This document shows positions 1-10,109 of a stretch of 61,524 nt of DNA, piece by piece. Position numbers and translations under genes: made by a program. Under the pieces are notes generated by a model. That model did no database searches and was not told where the DNA came from. It was given only the letters and a program-made list of their open reading frames with translations. The stretch is taken from the NCBI GenBank assembly GCA_035275005.1, contig DATENQ010000564.1, positions 1-61,524 on the forward strand, given 5' to 3'. Source of the DNA: Pyrinomonadaceae bacterium (GTDB taxonomy: Bacteria > Acidobacteriota > Blastocatellia > Pyrinomonadales > Pyrinomonadaceae). The stretch's first letter is position 1. The number at the start of each line of letters is the position of its first letter.

Positions 1-351
1 AAACACAAACATCTCGAGCAGCGCAAACTTCGTAAACGAGAAATCGTCGCCCATGAAGATTATCGCCCAGGGCAACAGAAAAATCGTTTCCACGTCAAAT
101 ATCAGAAACAACATCGCGACAATGTAATAACGCACGGTAAATCGCTCGTGCGCTTCAGTCGTCGGATCGATGCCGCACTCGTACGGGCGCATCTTGCTCT
201 TCTCATATTTGATAGGACGCAGGAATCGGCCGAGAACAATCGGCAGCACGGGAAAGATCACCGCCACAGCAAAAAAGATCATTACCGGCCAGTAGGCTGT
301 GATAGGACTGCCAACGCTTTGAGTTGTCGTGGTTGCTGCTTGGAGAAGCAT
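1..351 (-). CDS. nuoA: NADH-quinone oxidoreductase subunit A (3' end runs off the window)
   Basis: Not in the ORF track because it has no stop in the window. Manual translation from ATG at 351-349: MLLQAATTTTQSVGSPITAYWPVMIFFAVAVIFPVLPIVLGRFLRPIKYEKSKMRPYECGIDP..RFTVRYYIVAMLFLIFDVETIFLLPWAIIF. PYECG and FDVE..PWA are NuoA/ND3 hallmarks. Confidence 0.75.
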   Translation of the reverse strand, partial: MLLQAATTTTQSVGSPITAYWPVMIFFAVAVIFPVLPIVLGRFLRPIKYEKSKMRPYECGIDPTTEAHERFTVRYYIVAMLFLIFDVETIFLLPWAIIFMGDDFSFTKFALLEMFVF

Positions 352-591
352 CTGCAAAATAGTAAGCGTCCGCGAAGATCGTTGTCAACGACTCGATATG
401 AGCATGTTTCACGCAAAGGCGTAAAGACGGCAAAGCTTCGAACTTCTGGCGGCTTCCTTTGCCGTCTTTGCGCCTTTGCGTGAAACCCTCCTCTGTTCAT
501 ATTAATGTAACTTCAAAGCAAGCCGGATTTAAGACGACGGCCATATCCTGCAATGTCTCTTAAGCTCCATCCACAAAGAGGACCTAAATAG

Positions 592-2169
592 ATGACTATC
601 GCGCTACGCTTCGGCCTATGCCTGGCTTTTCTATCGTTCTGCTGGATTACAACCCGCGCCCAGGAGCTCGATAAATCTCCCGCCGCTGAAACGAACGTCG
701 CGGAACGCGTGCGCCTCCTCGAAAGCGAACTCGAGCGGCAAAACAGCAAACTGGATCAATTGCAAAAGACGCTACTGGAACAGCAACAAACGATTCAGGC
801 TCTTCTGGAGAAACTGTCCGGACAGCCGGTCGCCACAGCCGTGAGCGCCAAAGAAGCTGAAGCGCCAGTTGCCATCGTAGCCGAACCGCAGCAAACAACG
901 AGCGTCGAACAGCGCCTCACCAAAGTCGAAGGCGAGGCTCTAAAGATCGGTCCGGTTCGCGTGAGCGGCGACTTTCGTTTGCGCTTCGATGGGATCTTTC
1001 GCAGCGCTACCGAGCCACCGGATCCGCCCCTCGCTCACGTGCAAAACGCGAGAATGCGCTATCGTTTGCGTCTGAATTTCGATACCGACATCCATCCTAA
1101 CCTGAGCTTTCACGGCCAGCTCTCTACCGGAGCAATAAACAATCCGCTCACGTTCGATCAGGACTTTACTTCGATTACTGCCCGGCATCCGCTTTTCATC
1201 AGTGAAGCATGGATTGACTACAAACCAACAAAAGGGCTTCAACTTCAAGCCGGTCGGGTGCAGGAGATTTTTGCCGACAACTCGAGGTTTCTCTTTGACG
1301 ACGACATTCGATTCAACGGCTTCAACGAAAAATACGTGGCCCACTTCAAGCCTAACGGCGCTCGCCTCTCGAGTTTCGAACTGCGCGCGGGGCAGTACTT
1401 CTTTTCAAATCCTAACGTCGCTGTGATTACGCCCAACAGCCCGCTGGATCGTGCCGGCGATATCGTCGGAACAGCGGGCAGATCGGCTAACCTCTTCCAC
1501 CAGGGACTGCTGGCCAACCAGACGTTCAATGAACGATGGAATAGCCAGTTAGGCGCAGACATACAACTCTACCGCCATCCAAATCACATTCAGCTTGCCT
1601 CGACTACGGACGGGCTCGTCCTCCTGGTCCAACCCGGACTAGGCATCGCGCTTTCCGGGCCACTGCAGGGAACTGGTAACGCCACGACTACTCCGGGCGG
1701 AGCCATGTACACCGCTCCGGGTTTTCAGGTCGCACGAGTCACTTATCGCTTGAACTACGCAGGCTTCACGCGCAACGATCATGCTTACCCAATAACTTTC
1801 AATCTACAGTTCGCGCGCAACGTGGCGACGGGCTTGAATGAACGTGACGCAATGCTGGCGGCGATGCAGGTGGGACGGGTCACTAAACGCGGCGACATGT
1901 CGTTTCTCTATGTCTTCGCAATCAAAGGCGCGAACGCGATGATCTCGCAAGTGACTGACGACGATCTGGGTACTGGGTCTGGAGTAAATATCCGTACCAA
2001 TCATTTCCGTTTCGAGTATGGCATTGCTCGCAAGGTGACGTTTCAGAGTTTGTTCTTCATTCAGAATTCACTGCGACGCAGCGGGCAGTATCCAAACTTC
2101 TTCGTCCCCCTGGGCGACTTCGCGCCAACTACTTATCGCTTGCAGCAACAGCTGGTCTTTGCCTTTTAA
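592..2169 (+). CDS. outer-membrane porin-like beta-barrel with N-terminal coiled coil
   Basis: Signal peptide (LAFLSFCWITTRAQE), heptad-like coiled coil (ERVRLLESELERQNSKLDQLQKTLLEQQQTIQALLEKL), strand-rich body, and a C-terminus ..QQQLVFAF ending in Phe as in OM barrels. Confidence 0.55.
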   Translation: MTIALRFGLCLAFLSFCWITTRAQELDKSPAAETNVAERVRLLESELERQNSKLDQLQKTLLEQQQTIQALLEKLSGQPVATAVSAKEAEAPVAIVAEPQQTTSVEQRLTKVEGEALKIGPVRVSGDFRLRFDGIFRSATEPPDPPLAHVQNARMRYRLRLNFDTDIHPNLSFHGQLSTGAINNPLTFDQDFTSITARHPLFISEAWIDYKPTKGLQLQAGRVQEIFADNSRFLFDDDIRFNGFNEKYVAHFKPNGARLSSFELRAGQYFFSNPNVAVITPNSPLDRAGDIVGTAGRSANLFHQGLLANQTFNERWNSQLGADIQLYRHPNHIQLASTTDGLVLLVQPGLGIALSGPLQGTGNATTTPGGAMYTAPGFQVARVTYRLNYAGFTRNDHAYPITFNLQFARNVATGLNERDAMLAAMQVGRVTKRGDMSFLYVFAIKGANAMISQVTDDDLGTGSGVNIRTNHFRFEYGIARKVTFQSLFFIQNSLRRSGQYPNFFVPLGDFAPTTYRLQQQLVFAF

Positions 2170-2255
2170 GCCGCGTGCAAAACTGGCATAACTGTTGCCC
2201 AACGTATAATCCGTACGTTCAGGTCCATAAATCAAATGGAGTAGGAGTATTGATA

Positions 2256-2546
2256 GTGTATCGAAATCGCGTAGTACGAACGTTATTAGTTCTGTTGTTG
2301 ATGTTCTCTTTCGCATTGACGGTACCAGTTGCGAGTGGCCAACGTAGACGTCATCGAAACCCAGAAGCTGGAAAAAAGAAGGCGGCGAAGCGCATCGGCA
2401 TTGGCACAGCCGTCGGTGCGGGAGCGGGAGCGTTGATTGGCGGTAGGAAAGGCGCCCTCATCGGTGCGGGTGCGGGGGCAGGCGCGGGCACGGTCTATCA
2501 CTACCATAAGAAGCGGCAGTATCGACGCCGGCACCGGAGACCGTAG
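2256..2546 (+). CDS. small secreted glycine-zipper protein
   Basis: GTG at 2256 is preceded by GGAGTAGGAG. Signal-like LLVLLLMFSFALTVPVASG, then IGIGTAVGAGAGALIGGRKGALIGAGAGAGAG (GxxxG zipper) and a basic tail. The ORF-track start at 2175 is probably too far upstream. Confidence 0.5.
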   Translation: MYRNRVVRTLLVLLLMFSFALTVPVASGQRRRHRNPEAGKKKAAKRIGIGTAVGAGAGALIGGRKGALIGAGAGAGAGTVYHYHKKRQYRRRHRRP

Positions 2547-2559
2547 AGTCTTCGATTAC

Positions 2560-3129
2560 TCAATATTGGGCCACATTCATAGCGAGGTTAGAGAGTTTTA
2601 ACCTGGCCGCACTAATCGCTCGTCGCGCTTCGGGGATGCGCTCGTCGCGCACCAGGGGGGATCTGCAACCGTATTCGGATACAAATGTCTGTGGCAGCAC
2701 GGTGAAGCCGAGTTCTCTCGACAGAAATGAGTTGGCCGCTCTCTCAACATCAAACAACAACCAGGTGTAGTCAAATCGATCCGGAACAATCACACTCCGG
2801 TGCGCCTCAAGCATCAGGGTGAGTGGGATGTTCATTCCGCGGTAGGGCTTGAGCACCGCAAGGTGTGTAAAGCGCGCCGCGCGCGCTTGCGGATGGATTC
2901 GGAGACCCAGGCTATCGTGTAACTCATGCTGATCGCTCGTGTCCACGACACTCAAAGTGCCGACTGGTTTTCTGCTATGTTTCATGCGCGCGAGCCAGTG
3001 TGAAATACTGCCGGGCGCGTTGTCTTGAGGAAGCGTGATGCCCATTTCGCGTTCGAACACCTGTTTCCAGACTTCGAACATCGCGGCAACGTCTTCGCTA
3101 TTTGAAATTTTCTCAATAACGATATCCAT
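2560..3129 (-). CDS. GNAT-family acetyltransferase-like protein
   Basis: 189-aa ORF. HLAVLKPYRGMNIPLTLMLEA resembles GNAT motif A (V.P.yRG...). Terminates at a TGA. Confidence 0.4.
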   Translation of the reverse strand: MDIVIEKISNSEDVAAMFEVWKQVFEREMGITLPQDNAPGSISHWLARMKHSRKPVGTLSVVDTSDQHELHDSLGLRIHPQARAARFTHLAVLKPYRGMNIPLTLMLEAHRSVIVPDRFDYTWLLFDVERAANSFLSRELGFTVLPQTFVSEYGCRSPLVRDERIPEARRAISAARLKLSNLAMNVAQY

Positions 3130-3163
3130 AACAAACTCCTTCTGTTAACAAACGAGATCATGA

Positions 3164-4453
3164 CTAAACCTCAGGCGCGGTGATAGCGACCGCTGGTGCC
3201 GTTTGAAGCCGCTTATTTGCCCCTTGCGCAGGTCGCCTGTAAACAAATTCAAAGACTGGCGACGCCATCAAGGTCGTCACAATCGCCATCATCACCATGA
3301 TCGTGAAGAGTGTCGGCGTGATGACGCCGCGCTCGAGTCCGATGTTGAGAATGATGAGCTCCATCAAGCCCCGCGCATTCATCAACGTGCCGATGGCGAG
3401 CGCCTCACGATTGTCTTCGCCATTCAACCGTGCGGCGAGCCAGCAGGCTATACCTTTGCCGAAGCACGCTGCGAGCAGTATGAGTAACCCGACTGACCAA
3501 AGCATGATCGAGTCAATCAGTCCGAGCCTCGTGTTGAGCCCTGAGTAAACGAAGAAGAGCGGGAGCAGGAAATTTGTAGTAAGCGGTTCGACCCGGCGTT
3601 CTATTTCACGTGCGAACAGCCCGCGCGGCATGGCTGTACCAAGGATAAATCCACCGAAGACAGCATAGATGCCGATAGAGTCCGTGAGCCAGGCGCACAA
3701 CATTACCAGCATCAAAACAAAAGATAAAACTGCCGAACTCATCGTCCCCTCGCGCTCGACCTTGCGGCCGAGAAAATTGAGTAGTCGCCTGCCGATTGTC
3801 AGCACAATGACTGCGTAAATCACTCCACCGCCAATGGCTGCAAGCGCAATTAGAGGATTACTCTTAAAACTCGCCAGCACGATGGCAAGGAGGCACCAGG
3901 CAGCGGCGTCATCCATCGAGCCGGCAGCAAGCGCGAGTGTTCCGAGTGAAGTTCCAGTCAGTCCGCGCTCGTAAATGATGCGCGCCAACATTGGGAAGGC
4001 TGTGATCGACATTGCAGCGCCCATGAACAACATCGCCTCCCAACGGGCCACGTTCGGAGCGAAATACCGGCCGTCGGTAACAAGCGCTAACGCCAGCAGA
4101 CTTCCGAGCATGAAGGGCGTCACAATACCCGCGAGAGAGACCGAAGCAGCGCTACGCAACCGTTTGCGAATCAGATCAACCTGAAACTCGACGCCCACGA
4201 GAAACATGTAGAGCACCAGACCAATCTGGGCCACAGCGTACGTGATTGTGAGTGAAGCCTTTGGGAAGATGTGGGCCTGCGCGTCGGGAAATAGCAGACC
4301 GAACAGCGATGGACCCATCACAACTCCCGCAATCATCTCGCCAACTACTTGCGGCTGCCCAAACCTTCTGACGATGAGCCCAACAACCCGGCAGGTGGCC
4401 AGTATGAACGCCAACTGAAAGAAGAGGCGAATGGTGAGTTCAAAGTTTGACAT
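3164..4453 (-). CDS. cation:proton antiporter (CPA2, Na_H_exchanger family)
   Basis: MSNFELTIRLFFQLAFILATCRVVGLIVRRFGQPQVVGEMIAGVVMGPSLFG is a typical Kef/NapA-type N-terminus, followed by about 12 hydrophobic segments. AAGGAG lies 6 nt upstream of ATG at 4453. Confidence 0.8.
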   Translation of the reverse strand: MSNFELTIRLFFQLAFILATCRVVGLIVRRFGQPQVVGEMIAGVVMGPSLFGLLFPDAQAHIFPKASLTITYAVAQIGLVLYMFLVGVEFQVDLIRKRLRSAASVSLAGIVTPFMLGSLLALALVTDGRYFAPNVARWEAMLFMGAAMSITAFPMLARIIYERGLTGTSLGTLALAAGSMDDAAAWCLLAIVLASFKSNPLIALAAIGGGVIYAVIVLTIGRRLLNFLGRKVEREGTMSSAVLSFVLMLVMLCAWLTDSIGIYAVFGGFILGTAMPRGLFAREIERRVEPLTTNFLLPLFFVYSGLNTRLGLIDSIMLWSVGLLILLAACFGKGIACWLAARLNGEDNREALAIGTLMNARGLMELIILNIGLERGVITPTLFTIMVMMAIVTTLMASPVFEFVYRRPAQGANKRLQTAPAVAITAPEV

Positions 4454-4513
4454 GAAGTACTCCTTTGCCACTCGGCTGCGATCGTGGAAGCTGGCTATGA
4501 TGTTGTTCCCCGA

Positions 4514-6847
4514 CTAACGCGACTTGTCCTGACTGCTAAAGCAATCGCCCTCATCCAGCAGGTTCAGCTTCTTTAATTCAGCCCTATAAGTTTGTGTGCA
4601 ACCTGAGGCCGGCCAGTAAACTTCGACTTGCTCTACGCGCGTAGCGTCCATTAATCCAACATGGGCGAGGTATGGTGAGCTGCCGAACCCTGTACCCAAA
4701 TCTATCAGCGCATATCGGACGATCGTCTCTTGCTTATCATTTTTCGCGGTGACTTTGATTCTCGCACCGACGCCGTAATAGTTCGACTTTCTTCCGCGCA
4801 AACGAATCTTCAACCAGCTATTCCCCAGCCGGCTTTCATTAACGAAAAACTGGTTGGGCCATTTGTCGGCGGGCCACATGCCACCGAGACTCGAGTAGAT
4901 GTCTTCATCGCCATCGTTGTCGAAATCAGCGAAGACTATGCCGTGCCCCTTCTGAATCGTGCCGAAACCCTGGAGCATCGAGATGTTGTCCAACTTTTCA
5001 GCGCAACGTGTTGACTCGGTCTTACCGACGTACATCAGGTTCGGCAGAATGAACCAACTCTCAGGCGTGCCTTTGCCAAGGTAAAAGTCCAGACATCCAT
5101 CGTTGTTGATGTCTCCGAACGAGGAACCCATGGTGCTCATCGGCATATCGAAGAGGTCAGTGCGCTCCGTGAACTGTCCTTGTTCTGTCTGAATAAAGAT
5201 GCGGGTCTGACCGGAGCGGTATTCGTCGAGATGTTCGCCGAAGACCGCTTGCTCAACGCTCGTTTTGGCATCCGTGAAACCGGCCCAAAACAGGTCGAGC
5301 CTCCCGTCGTGATTGAAGTCGAGAAATGCCGCCACAAACCCACCCTCATCTCCGCGAATGAGATTGGTTGGCTCGAAGCTTTTGCCTCCGCTGTTCTTCA
5401 GCAACACACTGGTGTTTCTGAGTGGGCTGGAGAGGAAGAGATCTTGATAACCGTCGTTGTTGTAATCGCCGAAAGAGGCCCCGATGAAATAGTTGTCTTC
5501 CACTGTGGCGGTCAGGCCGTATTCTCGTGTTCGATCGACGAAGCGCCCGCCCTCGTTGATGAAGAGCGTCGAGTCCATGCGCGGCTTTGACATGAGGCCA
5601 CGGACGAGTGGCATCTTGAAGCCCCATTGCGCCAGGAAAAGATCGAGATCGCCGTCGTTGTCGACGTCGCTCCAGGCGGCAACCCACGTCGCTGCGATCT
5701 GGTCGTCAGGTTTCGCCGCGAGTAGTCCGGTCTCGGCCGTGACATCCTTGAATGTTCCGTCACCACGGTTGCGGTAGAGCGCGTAGTTGCCGAAAGGACG
5801 TCCGAAGAAAATGTCTACCCAGCCATCGTTATCGTAGTCGGCGGCAGTGATGATAAAAGGTTGTTTGATCCCGCCGAGACCGGCAGCTTCTGTTCGGTCA
5901 ATGAACTTCTGACCACGATCGTTCTTATAGAATTTGACGAGATCGAAGTTTCCGCCGGTCACGATATCTAGATAGCCATCGTGATCGAAATCTTCGACTG
6001 CGACCCCTTTCCCGGCATTGAAAGTGTCGACACCAAACTCATGGGCGCGCTCGGTAAAGGCAAGGTAGGCGTACTCCGCCTCCATCGCTCTCTTCCCCTC
6101 ACCGTAAAACGAATCAATGAATTTCGACTTGATGAGGTACTTCGGTGGGACTTCCTGAGGGAAGCCGCCTATGGTCATGTAGTTGAAATTCAGCAGCCAC
6201 TGGTAGAGGCGATTGTTTCCGTCGTACTTGTCGAGTAACTTCTCGAAAATTTTCGCGGCGGTGTGGGCACTTTCAGCGCGATCGTGAAACCGCACGAGCG
6301 GTATGGCGCACAGTTCTTGAAGATGATCGTCTTTGGCATCATGCGCGGCGTGATTGTCATTACCTGCAGACCTGAGCTGTGACAAGCAGTTGTCCGCCTC
6401 GCCATATCGCATGTAACTGATAGCCAACCAAAGCAACTTCGACTCCGACTCACCGTCTTTCTCGATGTCGCTTTCGATGAGTGAGATCGCCCTCGCAAAG
6501 TCGGCACGGTGATACGCCAATCGTCCGCGCTCGAATTGGTCCATCCTGCCTTCGTCGATATTATCGAAGCTGTAGAAGCCAGTGCTTTTGTCAATCTCGA
6601 GTAACTGCATGTACTCGAGCCAGTACCCGATCAAAAACCAGAGATTTCGGTTTTCTCCAACGGAGGCGTAGCGCATCTGGCGATAAACTCCGGTGGTGAA
6701 ACCTCTATAGCTGTAACGCACGTACACCGCACCAGATAGAAGCGCGAACAACAGTGCGAGCAGGATGTATCGAAGTTGCAGGCGACGTGCGACGCTTGCG
6801 CCGGCATTCCTCACAACCAGTGGAATGGCACGGCTGCTTGTGGACAT
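4514..6847 (-). CDS. CRTAC1-family protein (TM anchor, TPR-like region, FG-GAP/VCBS repeats, UnbV/ASPIC-like C-terminus)
   Basis: TM helix YILLALLFALLSGAVYV. Repeats DFDHDGYLDIV, DYDNDGWVDIFF, DVDNDGDLDLFL, DYNNDGYQDLFL, DFNHDGRLDLFW, DINNDGCLDFYL, DFDNDGDEDIY. C-terminal WLKIRLRGRKSNYYGVGARIKV..VEVYWPASG. RBS GAGGAG. Confidence 0.8.
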   Translation of the reverse strand: MSTSSRAIPLVVRNAGASVARRLQLRYILLALLFALLSGAVYVRYSYRGFTTGVYRQMRYASVGENRNLWFLIGYWLEYMQLLEIDKSTGFYSFDNIDEGRMDQFERGRLAYHRADFARAISLIESDIEKDGESESKLLWLAISYMRYGEADNCLSQLRSAGNDNHAAHDAKDDHLQELCAIPLVRFHDRAESAHTAAKIFEKLLDKYDGNNRLYQWLLNFNYMTIGGFPQEVPPKYLIKSKFIDSFYGEGKRAMEAEYAYLAFTERAHEFGVDTFNAGKGVAVEDFDHDGYLDIVTGGNFDLVKFYKNDRGQKFIDRTEAAGLGGIKQPFIITAADYDNDGWVDIFFGRPFGNYALYRNRGDGTFKDVTAETGLLAAKPDDQIAATWVAAWSDVDNDGDLDLFLAQWGFKMPLVRGLMSKPRMDSTLFINEGGRFVDRTREYGLTATVEDNYFIGASFGDYNNDGYQDLFLSSPLRNTSVLLKNSGGKSFEPTNLIRGDEGGFVAAFLDFNHDGRLDLFWAGFTDAKTSVEQAVFGEHLDEYRSGQTRIFIQTEQGQFTERTDLFDMPMSTMGSSFGDINNDGCLDFYLGKGTPESWFILPNLMYVGKTESTRCAEKLDNISMLQGFGTIQKGHGIVFADFDNDGDEDIYSSLGGMWPADKWPNQFFVNESRLGNSWLKIRLRGRKSNYYGVGARIKVTAKNDKQETIVRYALIDLGTGFGSSPYLAHVGLMDATRVEQVEVYWPASGCTQTYRAELKKLNLLDEGDCFSSQDKSR

Positions 6848-6862
6848 CGTGGCTCTCCTCTA

Positions 6863-8320
6863 CTAACTGGCCGCAGCGAAGGTGGCGTGAAAACCGAGGT
6901 AAATCGGAGTTTTAAGCCGAAGCCGTGCTAAAGGCCCGGCGCTTACATCCGAGGCGTCAAAAATTGCGAAAAAGCTTTCGACCCTGCGCGCGTCGAATAC
7001 CTGGCAGAGGATCGAACCGGCTCTTTCTTGACTGGGATCAGGAATAAAAACCGGTTCGCCGGCGAGGTAATGCCCGGGCGGCGCTTGATAGATATCGCTC
7101 GACGCGTGACCATTCCAGCTTGCATGGACCAGTTGGTCAAAAAATTTGCGGCCGAGTTGTCCGGTGCTGGAAATACCAAGCATCCAGAAGTCTTCATACG
7201 GACGAGCAGCCCGGCGCATGTCGATCGAGGGGAAGTCGGGAGCGAGCCGATAATCAAGCTCTCGCCTCTCGCGCAACTCGCCCGTCGTACAATCGAATAC
7301 GTAGCGCACAGGCTGACCTTCACACACGTCAGTGAACAGATCGGGTAACGTCTGATACTGATCGTAGATAGGCTGTTCGAGCTCCAGCACGTCTATGTTG
7401 AGTAGCTTGTTGGCTTCGAAGCAGTTTATGAAGTGAAGGCAATGCCTGGGGGCGATAGAAACAGACGCGATCGGCGTACCCATTTCGCGCGACACCACCA
7501 GAAGCCTGCTGCCCCGCTCCGGCTGCCACTCGAGAGAGTCCATCAACGTGCGGTCCTCCAGCACGAGCGAGCGCATGTTCAGTAAATAAGGACTGAGGTA
7601 AAAGATCGCGAAGCTTTGACTGAGACCGAAATCGTGCAACGTACACGGATAGTCGAGCCGCAAGCGCCGGCGATAGATGAGTTTTCCCTGCGCGCCGAAG
7701 CGATAGAAGTGTAACAGCGGGTCAGTGGCTGAAAAGGCGACGCCGAAATTGAACATCTCGCCAGTTTCGCGATCGAACTTCGGATGAGCACTGAATGGGC
7801 TAACGTCATTTAGCGCGCCGCTGAAATTGAATTCGCCACGCGTCTCGAGCGTCACTCGATCAAGCTCGTAAGGCAGGCCCTGTTCTCCGAATGCTAATAA
7901 CGAGTCGCGATAAGGATAGATGCTGACGTTAACCGGCGACTCGAGCATGATCTTTCGCTTCAACAGATCGCCGGCGAAGGCAGTCCCGAAAGTGCGAAAG
8001 AGTGGACGGCGGGCCTTCTGTTCCGCCGTGAATTTGCGGCTGTGCACAAAACGGTTGATAAAGCTCACGCGGTCTTCTTCGAACCGCAGGGCGCAAACCA
8101 TCCCGTCTCCATCAAGCCAGTGGCGGTACTGAAGACCCGACAGCTCAAACCGGGCTGGGCCATTTAAATAGTACGTGCCGCGGATGAACGTGGGGACATG
8201 GCCTTCAATCTGATCCACCGTATAAGAAAGTTCACGCGGTTCGAGCGAAAAAGCGTGCTCGATAAGAGGTGCGTAATCCGCTACTTCGTGGTCCAATACT
8301 GTCTGGTCCAATCTAATCAC
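6863..8320 (-). CDS. carotenoid oxygenase (RPE65/CCD/lignostilbene dioxygenase) family protein
   Basis: Family motifs HWLDGDGM, AHPKFD, LHDFGLS, HFINCFE, GFHATF. GTG at 8320 overlaps the upstream stop. TTG at 8311, with GGGAGG 8 nt upstream, is an alternative start. Confidence 0.8.
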   Translation of the reverse strand: MIRLDQTVLDHEVADYAPLIEHAFSLEPRELSYTVDQIEGHVPTFIRGTYYLNGPARFELSGLQYRHWLDGDGMVCALRFEEDRVSFINRFVHSRKFTAEQKARRPLFRTFGTAFAGDLLKRKIMLESPVNVSIYPYRDSLLAFGEQGLPYELDRVTLETRGEFNFSGALNDVSPFSAHPKFDRETGEMFNFGVAFSATDPLLHFYRFGAQGKLIYRRRLRLDYPCTLHDFGLSQSFAIFYLSPYLLNMRSLVLEDRTLMDSLEWQPERGSRLLVVSREMGTPIASVSIAPRHCLHFINCFEANKLLNIDVLELEQPIYDQYQTLPDLFTDVCEGQPVRYVFDCTTGELRERRELDYRLAPDFPSIDMRRAARPYEDFWMLGISSTGQLGRKFFDQLVHASWNGHASSDIYQAPPGHYLAGEPVFIPDPSQERAGSILCQVFDARRVESFFAIFDASDVSAGPLARLRLKTPIYLGFHATFAAAS

Positions 8321-10106
8321 CTCCCTGGCCTAAGACTGCGGCCACTTCTTCGCATGCAGGAACGAACAACGGAGTGCAAGGTGAAGTACGGAAACGATCC
8401 AGCACTGAAGGGTCGAAAGCCCAAACATATCGCTCCGTAGTTTCCGCGTGGACTGCATAACGCTCACACATCCGGCTCTCGTCAAAGTAGAAGTTGTCGA
8501 GATCGATACTCTCAACGAACGAACGGTTGGTGATTACCGAGGCGTCTCCAAGCACGACCGAATGGACATGAGCCACAATAAAGCGGGCCAGCTCCATCAA
8601 GTTTGCGAGTTGTTCGTCGAGTACTTCTCTCGCTTCCTCCACTGTCACACCGACGCGATAAAAAGTGCTCTCGGCAACACGCAAGGCACCGATGTCCATG
8701 AAATCGTTAAAGACGGGGCGCTGCGTTCGAGTGCAATGCTCTTTCTTCCAGTGATAGAAGCCGGTGATGAACTCCTGAAGGTTTCGATTGACCTGGCCCA
8801 GTCGTGAGAACCTGTTAACGAACAAAACAATGAAGCGGCGGTTCGTAAACAGGTCATTGATGAACGGGAAGACGTAGAACGAAAAATAAATTGTCAGCTC
8901 CCACGTGTACTTGAGCGTCATCGCCTCCTGATCGCCAAGCGCGTAGTAACTCACGGCAAAGCTCGGAACGTACGCTTCGTAAAATGATTTCATCAACTGT
9001 TCGTAGAACCGGCACTTTTCGGTGAGCTCGTTCGCATCGTCAGTCAAAATCGCGTCTACGATCAGTGTGTTATAAAGAGAGATCAGGTCGCCCCCGGGAC
9101 TGTAAAGAGGATCGGTGAAGCGGCCGGCCTCGCCCGCCATGGCCCAGCGCGCGGCGCTAATCGTCTGCGCGCAGTCGTGCGAATAATCTTTGAGGGCGCT
9201 GTGGCACAAGACCTTCCTGAAAGGCAGATCGCGCGCGAAGAGTGGAAACTCCGTGCAGACCCAATCGATCAGTTGTGGCAGCGAGGCGATCTGCTCACGG
9301 TCAATGAGCCGGTTGTCATAGACCAGGCCGAGCGACGTTTTGCCTTGCAACGGGATGACCCAGAACCAAAAACCCTCGCCGCAGAAGTGGTTTGTTGCTA
9401 ACCAGAACGGCAAGTGGCCGATAGCCGCGCGATCTTTCTTCAAGCGAATCTCTTTCGGAGACAGATCGGTAAGCTTGTCTAAGTTGACTAGTCCTTCGAC
9501 CCAGAAAAAGTGCGCGCCGTGGTGGATAGGGTTCTGTTTGGCGAGCCCGAGCTTGCGCGCGAGGAATTTTCCACGTCCGGATGTATCTACCACCCAATCG
9601 GCAGTCGCGCTAACTTGATGCTCTCCGACCCGATAACTCAGCGAGTGAGGACCATCGTTTGAGAGTGAAACACTCAGACCGTTTATTCCTGATTGGAAGG
9701 TAAAGCCGGGCTGTTCGAGATTGAGCCGCAGCAACTCCCCTTCGAGTTTGTTCCGATCGAGCTGGTACGTCGCGATATTTGAGAGGTTACGAATGTACGA
9801 TTGGCAATATTCCTCGAAGCGGCTGTTCTCCTTCCCTTCCGTTTTCCAGTAAAAGCGCAGGTTGTACTTCATGAAGTGCTCGCGCAGGAGGTGTTCTTCG
9901 AGATCCAGGACCTTCGAGAAGTAATAGGCGGAGAGCTGTACCGTTGCTTCGCCATACTTCTGCAGGACCATCGGAATTTGGGCACGCTTCTCGAGCAGCA
10001 GAATCGTCTTGTCGGAATTGAGGAGTAGCTGGCGAGCGAGCGAAAGGCCGGCAAGGCCTCCGCCGATTATCACTACGTCGTAACGCTGAGTGGTTTGCGT
10101 TTCCAT
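8313..10106 (-). CDS. flavin-dependent halogenase
   Basis: FAD fold YDVVIIGGGLAGLSLA, Lys-bearing KYGEAT, and GFWFWVIPL. The last is the WxWxIP signature that separates flavin-dependent halogenases from monooxygenases. Confidence 0.7.
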   Translation of the reverse strand: METQTTQRYDVVIIGGGLAGLSLARQLLLNSDKTILLLEKRAQIPMVLQKYGEATVQLSAYYFSKVLDLEEHLLREHFMKYNLRFYWKTEGKENSRFEEYCQSYIRNLSNIATYQLDRNKLEGELLRLNLEQPGFTFQSGINGLSVSLSNDGPHSLSYRVGEHQVSATADWVVDTSGRGKFLARKLGLAKQNPIHHGAHFFWVEGLVNLDKLTDLSPKEIRLKKDRAAIGHLPFWLATNHFCGEGFWFWVIPLQGKTSLGLVYDNRLIDREQIASLPQLIDWVCTEFPLFARDLPFRKVLCHSALKDYSHDCAQTISAARWAMAGEAGRFTDPLYSPGGDLISLYNTLIVDAILTDDANELTEKCRFYEQLMKSFYEAYVPSFAVSYYALGDQEAMTLKYTWELTIYFSFYVFPFINDLFTNRRFIVLFVNRFSRLGQVNRNLQEFITGFYHWKKEHCTRTQRPVFNDFMDIGALRVAESTFYRVGVTVEEAREVLDEQLANLMELARFIVAHVHSVVLGDASVITNRSFVESIDLDNFYFDESRMCERYAVHAETTERYVWAFDPSVLDRFRTSPCTPLFVPACEEVAAVLGQGGD

Positions 10107-10109
10107 TTT

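Noticed and set aside
148-500. ORF-track entries 148..483 (+), 203..433 (-) and 282..500 (-).
   Set aside because: They overlap the nuoA reading frame (1..351, minus), which has a clear family signature. Their translations are Arg/Ser/Cys-rich nonsense.
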